The translations under genes and the position numbers were made by a program. From Hormiphora californensis (lineage: Eukaryota > Animalia > Ctenophora), in NCBI GenBank assembly GCA_020137815.1, contig CM035359.1, positions 4,898,001-4,962,000 on the forward strand: a stretch of DNA of 64,000 nucleotides, in the 5' to 3' direction. Below the pieces are notes generated by a model. The model saw only the letters and a list, made by a program, of their open reading frames with translations, was not told where the DNA came from and made no database searches. Shown in pieces: positions 13,701-25,157 of this stretch. Each line of letters opens with the position of its first letter. Position 1 is the stretch's first letter.

Positions 13701-15198
13701 CCAATTTTATGGTGGTATACGTCGTTCCTTCAGGATTTTCGATGGTATACTTTGTTTTCGAGGACGTCCCTGTCGGTTTAGGGGTCGTATACGACTTCCC
13801 TGAAGGTTTTTGGATAGTATACGTTGTTGCTGATGAACTTACAGGAGTCCTATCCACCACCGATATTTTTGACTTGCTGGATGAAGGCCTTGTTTCATCT
13901 GAAATACCGGTCGAGGATGAACTTGCTGATTGACTGTGAGAATGAGCAGAGGTTTTCTCTGGACGACCATGCTTTGTAAATAACGGGGGTTTAGTTTGTT
14001 GTTTCAGCTCATCCCTCAAATCAGACTTGGCTGCATTCTTCGCATTCATTTTATGCCTCAAATCAGAGCTAGCCCCATCCTTTGCATTCATCTGATATCT
14101 CAAATCAGATTTAGCCTCATTCCTTGCATCAATTTGTTGTCGCATATCGGTAAGTCTTTTTGTGTTTAGCTTATTAGCAACATCCAATGCCTCTCTCATT
14201 TTGTCTTCAAACTTTGCCGTCTTATCCTTCTGTGCAACAGCCTCTTTCCTATGTTTCCTTTCATTCTCTTCGAACTCTTTCATTATTTGTTTCCTTTCAT
14301 TCGCTTCAGCCTCTTTCCTATGTTTCTTTTCCTTCTGCGCAGCTGCCTCTATCTTTTCCTTCTGTGCAGCAGCCTCTATCCATTCCTCCCTCCTTTCCCT
14401 CCTTTCCTTCTCATCAGCCTCTTTCCTTTCCTTCCATTCTTTTGACCTTTTTGATTGAGAGTGGCGGCGGCTGGATTTTTCACTGTGACTTCTTGAACGA
14501 TGACGATGACGACGTTTTCCTGAGGATGATCCGTGAGATGAGTCTGCTATGATGACCCTACTATCCTTCTTTTCTCTGGACTTTGTTTCTATTGGAGCTT
14601 CCTTTAAAGGGGATTCATTCAGCAACTCACGATCTTCTTCAAAATCTAGTTGTAGCAAAGGTTCCTTTTTCCTTGGCGCAGTGGTAACAGTCACTTCAAG
14701 CGGTTCCATTTGATCTGCATCCTCGGGGACACCAGTTGTACTGTCCTCCTCCACCATTTCTTCCGAATCTGGCACAATTCCAGGTTGTTCGCAGCCCGCT
14801 ACATGCTCCATGTGCTCCGAGTGTGATGCATGATCAGGTTGATAGCCCGCCGCTACCTCCTCCGAAATGTGTTCGTCATGTTGGTTGGCCGCTAAATGGC
14901 TGTACGCATCAGGCCGATCTGCAAAACATTCCTGACAACTAGGTGAATGCATCGCGTTATAAGTATTGCAACACTGGCATTCCCAACATTTCGGCGGTGC
15001 CTTGTGTTTAAATCCTCCTCCTCTCACTCGTCCTCTCACTCGTCCTCTCCCGCCATATTGAGGATGGATTCCTCTCCCACGTCCTCTCGAGGATAGGGGA
15101 TGGATTCCTCTACCTCGTCCTCTCGCACGAAAAGGAAGGGTTCCTCTACCTCGTAGGGCATAGATAGATCTCCCCCGTCCTCCTGCTCTATAACTCAT
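4719..15198 (-). CDS. Large RGG + RanBP2-type zinc-finger protein 'ZnF-D' (~1395 aa, 4 fingers). Exons 15198-11523, 11393-11142, 10757-10618, 4838-4719; probable non-coding exon 17278-17227
   Basis: N-terminal RG/RGG box; fingers CWECQCCNTYNAMHSPSCQEC, TWLCVRCNIAVSDIRGDCPGC, FFNCTGCGNVNRSSEIACIVC, and last exon NWVCQRCKEPNLQAVKICRVC; donors G|GTAAG, G|GTTTG, T|GTAAGT with matching phases; total length divisible by 3. Confidence 0.75.
6421..10151 (+). CDS. LDL-receptor class A repeat-containing class A GPCR (GRL101/RXFP-like, ~1100 aa). Exons 6421-6978, 7124-7221, 7378-9293, 9421-10151
   Basis: Signal peptide; Cys-rich ectodomain with LDLa units (LCDGHKDCSSNIDEEKC, CNLIDNCKDGTDELNC, VCNGVIECNDMSDEC); 7TM with RXFP-like FYGNNGVC in ECL2 and LPINSVINPLLY in TM7; three phase-consistent GT-AG introns. 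Confidence 0.9.
13030..13670 (-). repeat. Coding 30-bp minisatellite (SGTSYATVQP, ~21 copies) inside ZnF-D
   Basis: Near-perfect tandem cgtagcataggaagtccctgagggttgtac, in frame with the 1229-aa ORF. Confidence 0.95.
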
Positions 15199-15249
15199 CT
15201 GCAGGAGGGGAAGGTGTACTCGTTGATATTAAATTTACAGCAAAATTGG

Positions 15250-15539
15250 CATGGTGTTCAAATTTAGGCCGGTAGAAAAATGTTGGATTGGTGCTATCAA
15301 GTATCAGCCCTTTCAAAGTGAGTTTATCTAACAAGTGGAATTATAGCTCATCACATAAGCCATTTTGTCACATTTGCTGAATAAAGAGATCTGAGCAAGA
15401 ATTCAATTCCCCATTCAACTAGTTGCAACTGTTTTACAGAAGGCGTGAGTTTGTATCAGCACCAGAAGGAGATATCAAAACTACTTCCTTTAACATTTAT
15501 CGATAGATTTTTCCTACCGGCCTAACTTTGGACACCATG
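15250..15539. mobile_element. Putative MITE
   Basis: Imperfect ~30-bp inverted ends catggtgttcaaatttaggccggtagaaaaa / ttttcctaccggcctaactttggacaccatg. Confidence 0.55.
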
Positions 15540-15971
15540 GTGGTCCAAGAGCATGCAAATCGTTAGACGACGTGCTACACTTAAACCTATTTCCAATCAT
15601 ATAAAATCAATGGCACTGTCTTTCTAAGCTTCAAGTCTCATCTTCTGTTTATGTTAGAAAAAACTAACTTAGGCCGCGGATTATGACTGATTCGCGTCTC
15701 CTTGACAATAAGCTGTCGGAATCAGACTTCGACCCAGCCAGGGGATTATCCGCCGTGTAATTTTCAACTAAAATCAATATAGACTTCCCCACGAACTTAT
15801 AAAATTCTTAACTCAGACATCTACCACTTACAAAATACTTTTAGGCCCCCTCTTCTACCAACAATCTAAACTCTCTAGTTTAAAGAAACAAGATTCTACT
15901 CTTGAACTAACACTAAAGCATCTCACAATCTCAAAATCTTCATCATTCATGATTCAATCTCAATCTAAATA

Positions 15972-16829
15972 CAGTCGGACCCCGATTTAGGGACACCCTC
16001 GGGGGAAAGGGTCTTGTCCACTAAATCGGGGTGTCCACTAAATCGGGGTCAGCCATATTTGGCCCATAAAAACATATTTTATTGCCCAAAATGCTATATT
16101 ATTAAGACTAAAGACACCTCTAACTGTTATATGCAATATTCATGTGTTGATGACATGATCATTTCTGATTAGAAAAAGAAAAATATAAAATAATTCTTTT
16201 TCAAAAAAATGTGGAAAATTTTCCAAGTTATACCAGCCCGTCCGGTTTGTATTTCGAATCAGTGCAACTTACTGGATATCCTGTCTAATTAGCGGGTTCA
16301 AAACGAACCGATACGTGATACCATACCGAATCGGGGCACCCTAAGCGGGTGAGGAAGTATAAAAATTTCAAAATAACTTTTTCTCTCAAAATTTATGGGG
16401 AGCACCGATCAAAGCATTGACAATCGTACTGTAAAATTTTGCAAAAAAGTTTAAAAAAAGGTATACCAGCCACGTCCGAATCGTGTTTCGAATCGGTGCA
16501 TCTTATCGCATGTCCTGCTGCTAATTAGACGGAACGAATCGAAACGTGATCCCCATCGAATCGAAATTTTGACGCTTGGACCTTGGTGAACTTGTGATTC
16601 AATGGGTACCATGGGGATCACGTATCGGTTCGTTCCGAACCGTCTAATTAGCAGAAGGACATGCGATAAGATGCACCGATTCGAAACACGATTCGGACAT
16701 GGCTGGAATCTTTTTGAAAAATTTCACAAAAAATTTCCCAAAAAAATTCAAAAATTTTTGGGGGAAAAAAATCCTGTCCCTAAATCGGGGTGTCCCTAAA
16801 TCGGGGGTCCCTAAATCGGGGTCCGACTG
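15972..16829. mobile_element. Tc1/mariner-type MITE, long form (858 bp)
   Basis: TIR cagtcggaccccgatttag...ctaaatcggggtccgactg; TA target duplication; very similar to 31841-32698. Confidence 0.9.
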
Positions 16830-16856
16830 TAGGAAGATCATGTCGAGTTCTAGCTA

Positions 16857-17028
16857 CAGTCGGACCCCGATTTAGGGACACCCTCGGGGGAAAGGCTCTT
16901 GTCCACTAAATCGGGATGTCCACTAAATCGGGGCCAAATAAGGTAAATTTCCTATATCGGGGGAAAAAAATCCTGTCCCTAAATCGGGGTGCCACTAAAT
17001 CGGGGGCCCCTAAATCGGGGTCCGACTG
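16857..17028. mobile_element. Same MITE family, short form
   Basis: Same TIRs, TA flanks. Confidence 0.9.
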
Positions 17029-17596
17029 TATGTACATACACACACGGATACTTTAAGCTACTCTCAAGCTTCGGACGCGGCGTTATGAAAAGTCTCCCCT
17101 AATGTTGTTTTTTTTCATGAACACAGACTCTGAATTAGTCATTCGACATTCCATAATTTAAGTACCTATATTTATTTCTGTTAATTAAATGAGAATCGTT
17201 TTGATATGTTTAATGGTATTACTCACCTTGATAAAGATTCTTTAGCTGTTACAGTCATCTCGTGTCATACGATTAGCGCTACAAAAACAAATATTTCGGG
17301 TTAATTGGGATAAAGAAAATGACGACTCCATTTAATTTAATTTGGTAATGTAAAAATAAAAATAGACGCGGCCAACTCTCAATTTGCCGGGCTCCTTGAG
17401 GGAAAAGTTTGGGAATTGATAGGCCTGGAATTCTTTCAAAGACGGTGAATCGAGAGTTGTACGAACTAGAGGAACAAGGAAAATAAAAACATTTCAACAT
17501 GGGATATATATATGCGAAGACAGATCCGCAATATGTTGCAACAGCTACACGATCATAACACTCTTTAGAGGAAACAAAACCAACTCGAGAACCATT

Positions 17597-18179
17597 GGGG
17601 GGGGGGGGGTCCAGCCCTAAAAAAAGCTAAGCTATCGGCCAAAATCAGGGTACCTTTAGCTTTTTTTAGCTTTTTTTAGCTTTTTTTAGCTTTTTTTAGC
17701 TTTTTTTAGCCTTTTTTTAGCTTTTATTAGCTTTTTTTAGGCTAAAAAAAGCTAAAATTGAGTTTTTAGTGGATTCATATAGGTTCGAATCCCGCTGACG
17801 CCAAATTTTTAAAACTTTTATTATAACGTTTTATACCGTTTTTTGAACTTTTTTAAAACTATTTTTATCAAATTTGAATAATATTTTTATCGAAAAAATG
17901 TCTCCAGAAAATGGCAGTAGGGGTGGATACAGAAATTGCTATGTATGGACATAAACGGTAGATTATGGTAAAAAAATGTGCAGGAAATGAACAAATGCAG
18001 TCAATAGACGTCCGGAAGGATGAAAATTTAACGGAAAAGTGTCAAGATGAATGCTGAAAAGACATAAAAAGTAGGGCTAAAAAAAGCTAAAAAAAGCTAA
18101 AAAAAGCTAACATAAAAAAGCAATCGACCAAAATCAGGGTACCTTTAGCTTTTTTTAGGGCTGGACCCCCCCCCCCCCC
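17597..18179. mobile_element. Non-autonomous DNA transposon with G/C-run termini
   Basis: TIR (G)n-tccagccctaaaaaaagcta / tagctttttttagggctgga-(C)n; direct repeat aaccatt on both flanks (17590-17596, 18180-18186); internal (tttttttagc)n. Confidence 0.8.
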
Positions 18180-18431
18180 AACCATTCGCTCTTGAGTAGG
18201 GGGAAATACGTCTCTAAAAGTTCAGGTTAAAACGCTACATGAATATCCATGATGGAACCTCCATCCTGACTGGATAGTATTCGTAGAATACACTCTTGAA
18301 AGAATAAAAGCAGTCCCTCTACACTGTGAGATAAAGGAATACCTCCTTCCCCTACAGATCTGCACCAATCAATTGTCAGCCTCCCACTACTAATCTGATC
18401 AAGTTCTCACAGGTCGGAGTGGGTTCTGATC

Positions 18432-21400
18432 TTAACCTCTCATAGGTCGGGGTGCGTTGCATTTAAAGCAGAACTTTCGGTCACCGTATACTTGAACACT
18501 GGGGACGCACTGGCGACATTCCCAGCTTCCTAGGGTGTCCATGTGGAACTGAAACAATGTGGGTCTTAGCTCAGTTCAGCCAACTCTCTCTCTCTGAATG
18601 TGTCTTCGGCAACTGCCTTTGTGTATAATCGGAGTATTCGAGATACTTCTCAAGGATAGCACAAACTTCTCGTTTGAACCGACACGGTAGCCCATTTTTG
18701 GTAGCCAATGGAAAACCCAAGGGCTTAGTCATACAGTAATCTTTTTTGGACCAATACACTAAAGAATCTGTGTTGCCAACAGCAACACTACTGACTACAG
18801 GGAGAATAAACATATTCAGCCGGGTCACGAGTGTGTGGTGGAGCTGTTCTACGTTTTGATTGGCGAAAATGCAGAATATGCTGCATATTAATCAATTTTC
18901 ATAGTTGCATGAATTACGTAATTTGAATAGATAATGTCTACGTCATCATCTACAATCACGACCCATGACGTCATAGATCACGTGATATGACCATATATGG
19001 TGGTGACCCGATTAGCTCGAAAATGGGGTCCCAACTGTCCATAGATTACTACTTACCTGTTCGTGTTCGATTAGTCGATAATTTGCACTAAACAGGTTGA
19101 TGGTTTTGGGGGAAGAGTGAAGACGGCGAGGGAGAGGTGAGTATAATCTTGATGGTACCTTATTTGATAGATCCTTGATGACGTCATATTTTCGCAGCAT
19201 AGCCTCTGAAATTCTACCACGACCTTGCTTTCGTTTCTTGTTGCACCAGTTTCGCATACGACGGAGCAACTGAGGATAAAACTCATATCATTCGACTCAT
19301 ACCGTTGATTCAAAGAACTTCAAGAGCAATTACGCTGTACTATACAAATGACGATTTTCTAAGAAATTGGAAAGATAACTTACATCTTCATCAAGAGAAT
19401 CGTGAGCCAATGGTGTATGGAGATCGGATGCTCGGAAGAGCTGAGAGTAGAAATCTAACACTCCCATAAAGCTTAACCTTCTAGGACTGTCCTGAAAGTT
19501 TTGGGTTGTGTGAGAGGATTCCGAAGAACACACGTTTTATAGCTGAGAAAGGCCCGTTTTGTGATGAGAAAACCTAAAGCTCACTTCGCAGAACTATTGG
19601 ACCAGACGCTCACGCCCTTAAACATGTGTTTAAATGTCCAAACTACACAAGAAACTTCCTTTTTATTTTGTAACTAACCTCAACGTGAGCGGAACACTTG
19701 TGACAGTTGGCACTCTCGATACAGTTTACAGCATCGCACGACACACAAACCCACGCCTTCACATCGGACTCAGATTTCTGTTGTTGCCCAGTTTGGTCTA
19801 CTGAAGTGTTTGATAAAGGAGCAGCAGCAGCAGCAGCCGGCGGGGCCCTGGCAGCAGCAGGAGCAGCCGGCGGGGCCCTGGCAGCAGCAGCAGGAGCAGC
19901 AGGAGAAGGAGGTCCCCTTAGAACAGCACCACCCGGACCCTGTTTCTCCATGCCACATTTTATACAGCTTGTATCTTCAGCCCGATTGAAGTTGCCACAC
20001 CCAGCACACTCATAAGAAGAGGGTGCTTGGGATCTGTCCATGACAACAGCAGTAGCTTCCTGGACGCGTTGCTGGGCAGGCGGACCACGATTTTGCTGAG
20101 GCAGAATCTCGCGGTTCTGCTGCCGTAGGGGTGGTGGACCACGATTTTGCTGTTGCGGTGAAACCAGACGACGGTTACTTTGTTGCTGTTGGGGTGGCGG
20201 GCCACGATTTTGCTGCGGACTGGGTTGGTGTTGTTGGTTTCTAGGAGGGACAGCTTCCTGTACATTATCAATTCTAACCTGGATACCAGAGGGCTGAGGA
20301 AGGAGGGACCGTTTCATAGGGGCAGGACCGGTTTCGTAGGTGTTTGAATAACCCGTATAACTGGAATGACTTTCATTGGCTTGTTCGTCTTCAAAGACGT
20401 CACCATAGTAACTGCTACCTGCATCAGCTTGGTTACCATGGTTACCAACTTGGTTACCAAGGTCACTAACTTGCTCGACAGGAGCAGCTCTCGTTACGGA
20501 CTTGCTACTATGATTGAGCATGGGGGTTGATGTCTTACTAGGCTGGGTTGGCAATGGTTCTTCCTGTCTCGGTGGCGGCGACGATCTACTACGACCTCGT
20601 GCAGGAGCTTGACGTGGCGGTGGGCCCCTATATCCAGGGGAAGGGCCTCTTCTGTTATAACCGGGAGAGGGTGCTCTGTTGTATCTTCCTGGGGATGGAT
20701 CCCGATAACGTCCTGGAGGGGGCGGTGATCTGTATCGCTGAGGTGGTGGAGGACCATAGCCTCTATCATCGGGATGACCATAGCCTCTATCATCGGGATG
20801 ACCATAACCTCGGTCTCTGGGGGGTCCGTATCTCTCACGAGGGGGCGACATGTAGCGAGGGGGCGGGGTATACCGACCACCAGGGGGAGGCCCATAATAC
20901 CTATCCGGGGGAGGTGATCGCCTGTAACGATCATCTGGGTACCTGTCCCTAGGAGGAGGGGGATCGTACCTGTCATCATACCGGGGTGGTCCATATCTAT
21001 CGTAGGGTGGAGGCGTGTAACCTCTCCTAAAAGGACCGGGGGATCGTCCTCGAGGAGGACTTGCCCATCGTCGTGGTGGGCTCCGCTCGTAGTCGTGCCG
21101 TAATCGTTTGTCCGGGGGACCAGGGGAAGCCCTTCGCTTCAGCACGGACCGCAAGTCAGACCTTTTCTCTGCTTCTTTCTTTCCTTTTTTGCACTTGAAA
21201 CACTTGCTACTTTTTGCAAAAACGACCAAATCGCAGAAACGACAAATCCAATCTTCACCCTCCTCTCGTCGCTGAATATCATCAGACTTGCCTCGCGAAA
21301 TGCCACACTTGAAACATTCCATTCGCTTCGCAAAGTTACTAGTTTTGCAGAGATAACACGTCCAATCACTCGGATACCCGCCCCTCGTCCTACTCTCTGA

Positions 21401-21716
21401 GGTCTCCTTGGTGAGTTTACACCTGTAACACGTGATCCTTGCATTGTAGTTCAGAGCCCCACAATCAGAACAGAACCACTCCCCTTTTTGGGGCTTCCTA
21501 TCCTGACCGTCCTGTTTCTTGTTCTGTCTCCGTTTCCCCTTTTTCCCGGCTGCATTTGGCTCATCTGTTACAGGAGCTGTAGTCGACTCCGACTGGCCAT
21601 TATCAGCAGGATCAGGCAAGGGCAGCTTCACCGTCTGGTGTGGCGTCAGCCATGGGAAGTTCTTCGGACACGGCTACAGTTACTACCTCCTCCAGAATGG
21701 GGCCATCGGCGGACAT
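18432..21716 (-). CDS. Multi-RanBP2-type zinc-finger protein 'ZnF-C' (6 fingers, R/P/Y- and Q-rich regions). Exons 21716-19679 (1-nt frameshift near 21621), 19491-19384, 19269-19159, 19087-19057, 18794-18667, 18548-18432
   Basis: Fingers EWFCSDC..NYNARITCYRC, DWTCYLC..NFAKRMECFKC, DWICRFC..., YECAGC..., WVCVSC..., last exon SWECRQCVPSVQVYGDRKFCFKC; donor GAG|GTTAGT at 19678 links phase-consistent downstream exons; the 18667 donor is least certain. Confidence 0.75.
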
Positions 21717-22192
21717 GGCCTAAAATAGTGGAGAGAAGGTGACTACTCTACGGTGGAGAAATCAGGGAAGATTATGTCATATGACATCTTTGTTATACAT
21801 GCGGGAGGAAATGATAGGACGACTTCTCTACGAAGTTTCTGTTGTACAAAACAGAACTTTTCATTATTGTGGAAAGGTGGGTCGCAATTCAGTATTCGTA
21901 AAAGATTAAAAGAACAACAGTTAACTGGAATAGTGTCAATAAATTACTACACAACGGAAACAAAAAATCTGCGGTAAATTTGTGACAAAGAAGCGGCGAC
22001 TTCAAATTTCATGACAGGTGTCAAAAAGTGGTAAAAGTTGTTACATACTTTCAACTAGGGTTAATCACCAGTCAATCACTATGATTGATATATTATGTAG
22101 TAATAGGGGAACCCACGAAACGAGGCAAACAGTCATGTCTCCTTCTAATTATATTTACAAACATGAACACTGATCTGAACCTCTGGTAAACA

Positions 22193-23714
22193 TCATTCTC
22201 CCACTTTCTTGTAGACCCTTTTGGCCTTAGTTCCTTTCCCTGATTCCAAGTGAAGCACCATGGTTTCATCGTCCTGTGGTAGGGGCCGTATTGTGGTAAC
22301 TAGGGCGGTAACTAGGGGCCGTATTGTGGTAACTAGGGCGGTAACTAGGGACCGTATTGTGGTAACTAGGGCGGTAACTAGGGGCCGTATTGTGGTAGCT
22401 AGGGCGGTAACTAGGGGCCGTATTGTGGTAACTAAGGCGGTAACTAGAGACCGTATTGTGGTAACTAGGGCGGTAACAAGGGGCCGTATTGTGGTAACTA
22501 TGGTGGTAACTAAGGGCCGTATTGTGGTAACTAAGGCGGTAACTAGGGACCGTATTGTGGTAACTAGGGCGGTAACTAAGGGCCGTATTGTGGTAACTAA
22601 GGCGGTAACTAGGGCCGTACTGTGGTCCCAGTGTGATGGCCGTATTGTGGTAACTAAGGCGGTAACTAGGGACCGTATTAAGGTAACTAGGGGAGGTAAC
22701 TAGGGGCGTTATTCAGGTAACTAGAGCTAGGCGGCGTGGAAATCAATCTAACATTGTAATGTACCTTCAGTTCCCGAACAAGCTCGTACTCAATACTCTC
22801 TGTCCTATGGAGTTCTTTAATTTTTGTCTCTCCCTCCCATGCAGTTTGAACCTCCGAGTTTTCACCGTTTATTTCAGTCTCGCTGAAGGTTTCCCCAACC
22901 TAAATAAGGGCAAGTAACATTTTGTAACATGTAACATGCAGTTTTCTGTGCATGTTACATATAATAAGATTTTCGATACTATAACAATCTATAAAGGATA
23001 CTACTTTCTACAACTTTCTACTACTTTCTACAACTTTCTACAAAGCAACTGATGATGGCGATGGAAATCTAAGATTTACCTTCCCAATTAATTGTCGGGC
23101 GTCGGCTTATACATATTTAGTATGATTCTTACAGTTCTATTATTACCACCATTCCGCCATAAATTACAATTACTGCGCTGGCAAGCACAAAGGTGACTAT
23201 TCAAATTACCTGATATTCCTGGAGTTTCCCGGAGCGACCAGGAGAACAGACCCGCACCTTCAACTTTTCTCCTTCTTGCTCTATATGATGCTCCGAGGGT
23301 AAAATCCTAAGGAAAATCATTGGTAAGTTATTATCATTATGTCTGTAGATTTAATCAATGAACTGGCTCTTTGATTGAAACATAACCAACATGCCTATTG
23401 CCTAGCGATGGATTGAATGGGGATTGGATACGAAGGGGGATACGAAGTCACCGATTTACGCTCTGGGGAGCTCGCCCGGAGGCCCTCCAGTGGATGGAAT
23501 GCACAAGTATAAATCATAATATTTAACTTTAAATACAAATTAAAAACAACGGAAGTTTTTAAGGTCTAAAATATTTAACTTACTGAACAGCCTTTCTCTT
23601 GAGTAGTCCTATTTCGCAGTCCTTCAGAAAAGGATCAAAATTCTCTGAGGTATTCAACTTCCACTTCCCGTTGAAATTGGGGGAACCAGGTCGAGGAGGT
23701 GGTGGTGGAGTCAT
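22193..23714 (-). CDS. Fatty-acid-binding protein (iLBP/FABP family, 147 aa). Exons 23714-23584, 23306-23210, 22899-22765, 22273-22193
   Basis: Spliced translation MTPPPPPRPGSPNFNGKWKLNTSENFDPFLK...VGETFSETEING...LVRELKDDETMVLHLESGKGTKAKRVYKK; GxW..SENF signature and R-x-Y motif; all phases consistent. Confidence 0.92.
22281..22725. repeat. 33-bp minisatellite filling FABP intron 3
   Basis: Tandem aggggccgtattgtggtaactagggcggtaact, ~13 copies. Confidence 0.95.
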
Positions 23715-24566
23715 ATTGGTGGGTTATTACCTATACAGTGATACGGTTAGAAAGGGGATGGGAGGTTATTATATTATTCAGCTGCGGGACATTTATATTA
23801 GGACACCGATGTACCGGACGGATTTAGCCCCCCCCCCCCCCATATAGGATAGGAACATTCCACCCTGATATATTGCTGACCGATTCCACCCGAGGAGCCC
23901 GGTAAATCGGTGTTCGACACCACAGTTAAGCGTTTGAACGAAGCAGCAACCTAATCAAAATCCCGGGGAGTATTTCCAGTATTTGCACGCTCTGAACTCA
24001 CAAAATATTAAACTCGGTACTTTTGGTTGGAAATAAAGAAAGTGAAAATTCATTGTAGTCTCTCATCTTTTGAAGAATAAACATTGATATAATATAATAG
24101 GGTTGGTTAATAAGATATATAGTGGAAGAGACCCGAGAGAGATATTTCTCAGCTCGCATATCTCTCTCCCTCCTCCTCCTCCTCATCCTCCTCCTCCTCC
24201 TCTTTAAGATATCTCTCATCTATATAATATCTCTCATTATATTATTATCTCGTGTCTGATATCTCTCACTCATCCTCGCTCCTCTCACTCCTGGAAGGAA
24301 AGATGGATGGTGGATCACACAACGCGACACACGTATGGGGGTGTCAATATGGGGGTCACACACAACGCGACAGGATCGGAACTGCACGCGGTGGCATGGG
24401 GTGTCAATATATGGGGTGTCACCATCCCCCGGAACACGCGGTGTAACGAAAGATGCTCTCTCGGAGAGCGAAATGATTTCCCAAAAATTTCCAGATGTAA
24501 ATTTTGGGTTAGTATGTTACAATTTTAGAGTCGTATTACCGTGTGTCACTAACCTGGTCTCTCTCT

Positions 24567-25104
24567 CTAAGCTACACTGATTTCTTCGGGCTTAAGGGTA
24601 CGGCATTTATAACAATCAAGTCGTCGGGAGAAGTTAAGGCCCTCGCAGGCTGGGCAAACCCAATCATTCTTCCTCATGCCCTGGACGTACTACACGGAGA
24701 AGTTGATCGTTACTGTTAGTTGGAAATGACACGGAACTACTACAGAATTGTACAGACAGAATGGAAAAAACAAGCATATATCTAGACGGACAAGTCTAGA
24801 CCTGGACATGTCTAGACGTGGTCAAGTTTATCCGGGCAAGTCTATCCGAACAAGTCTATCCAGACAAGTCTAGATGGACAAACGTACCGGGGGTACGTAT
24901 TTGTTGTAGCTGGGTGCCACTGGACCACCACCTCCTCCCATGGACTGCCCGGGGATGGTGAGAGCACTGGGATCGTTGGGGTATTGTCCATTACCACCAT
25001 TGTTATTGTTGTTGTCACGTTGTCCTGCCTCCCTGTTCTGGCTTCCAGGCTTCATCTCGAAACAACGGTAGCAATCCAACCTGGGAGTGAGGGAGAGAGT
25101 GAGG

Positions 25105-25157
<53 letters not shown>

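Noticed and set aside
22260-22703. (RGRIVVTRAVT)n ORF
   Set aside because: Intronic 33-bp minisatellite
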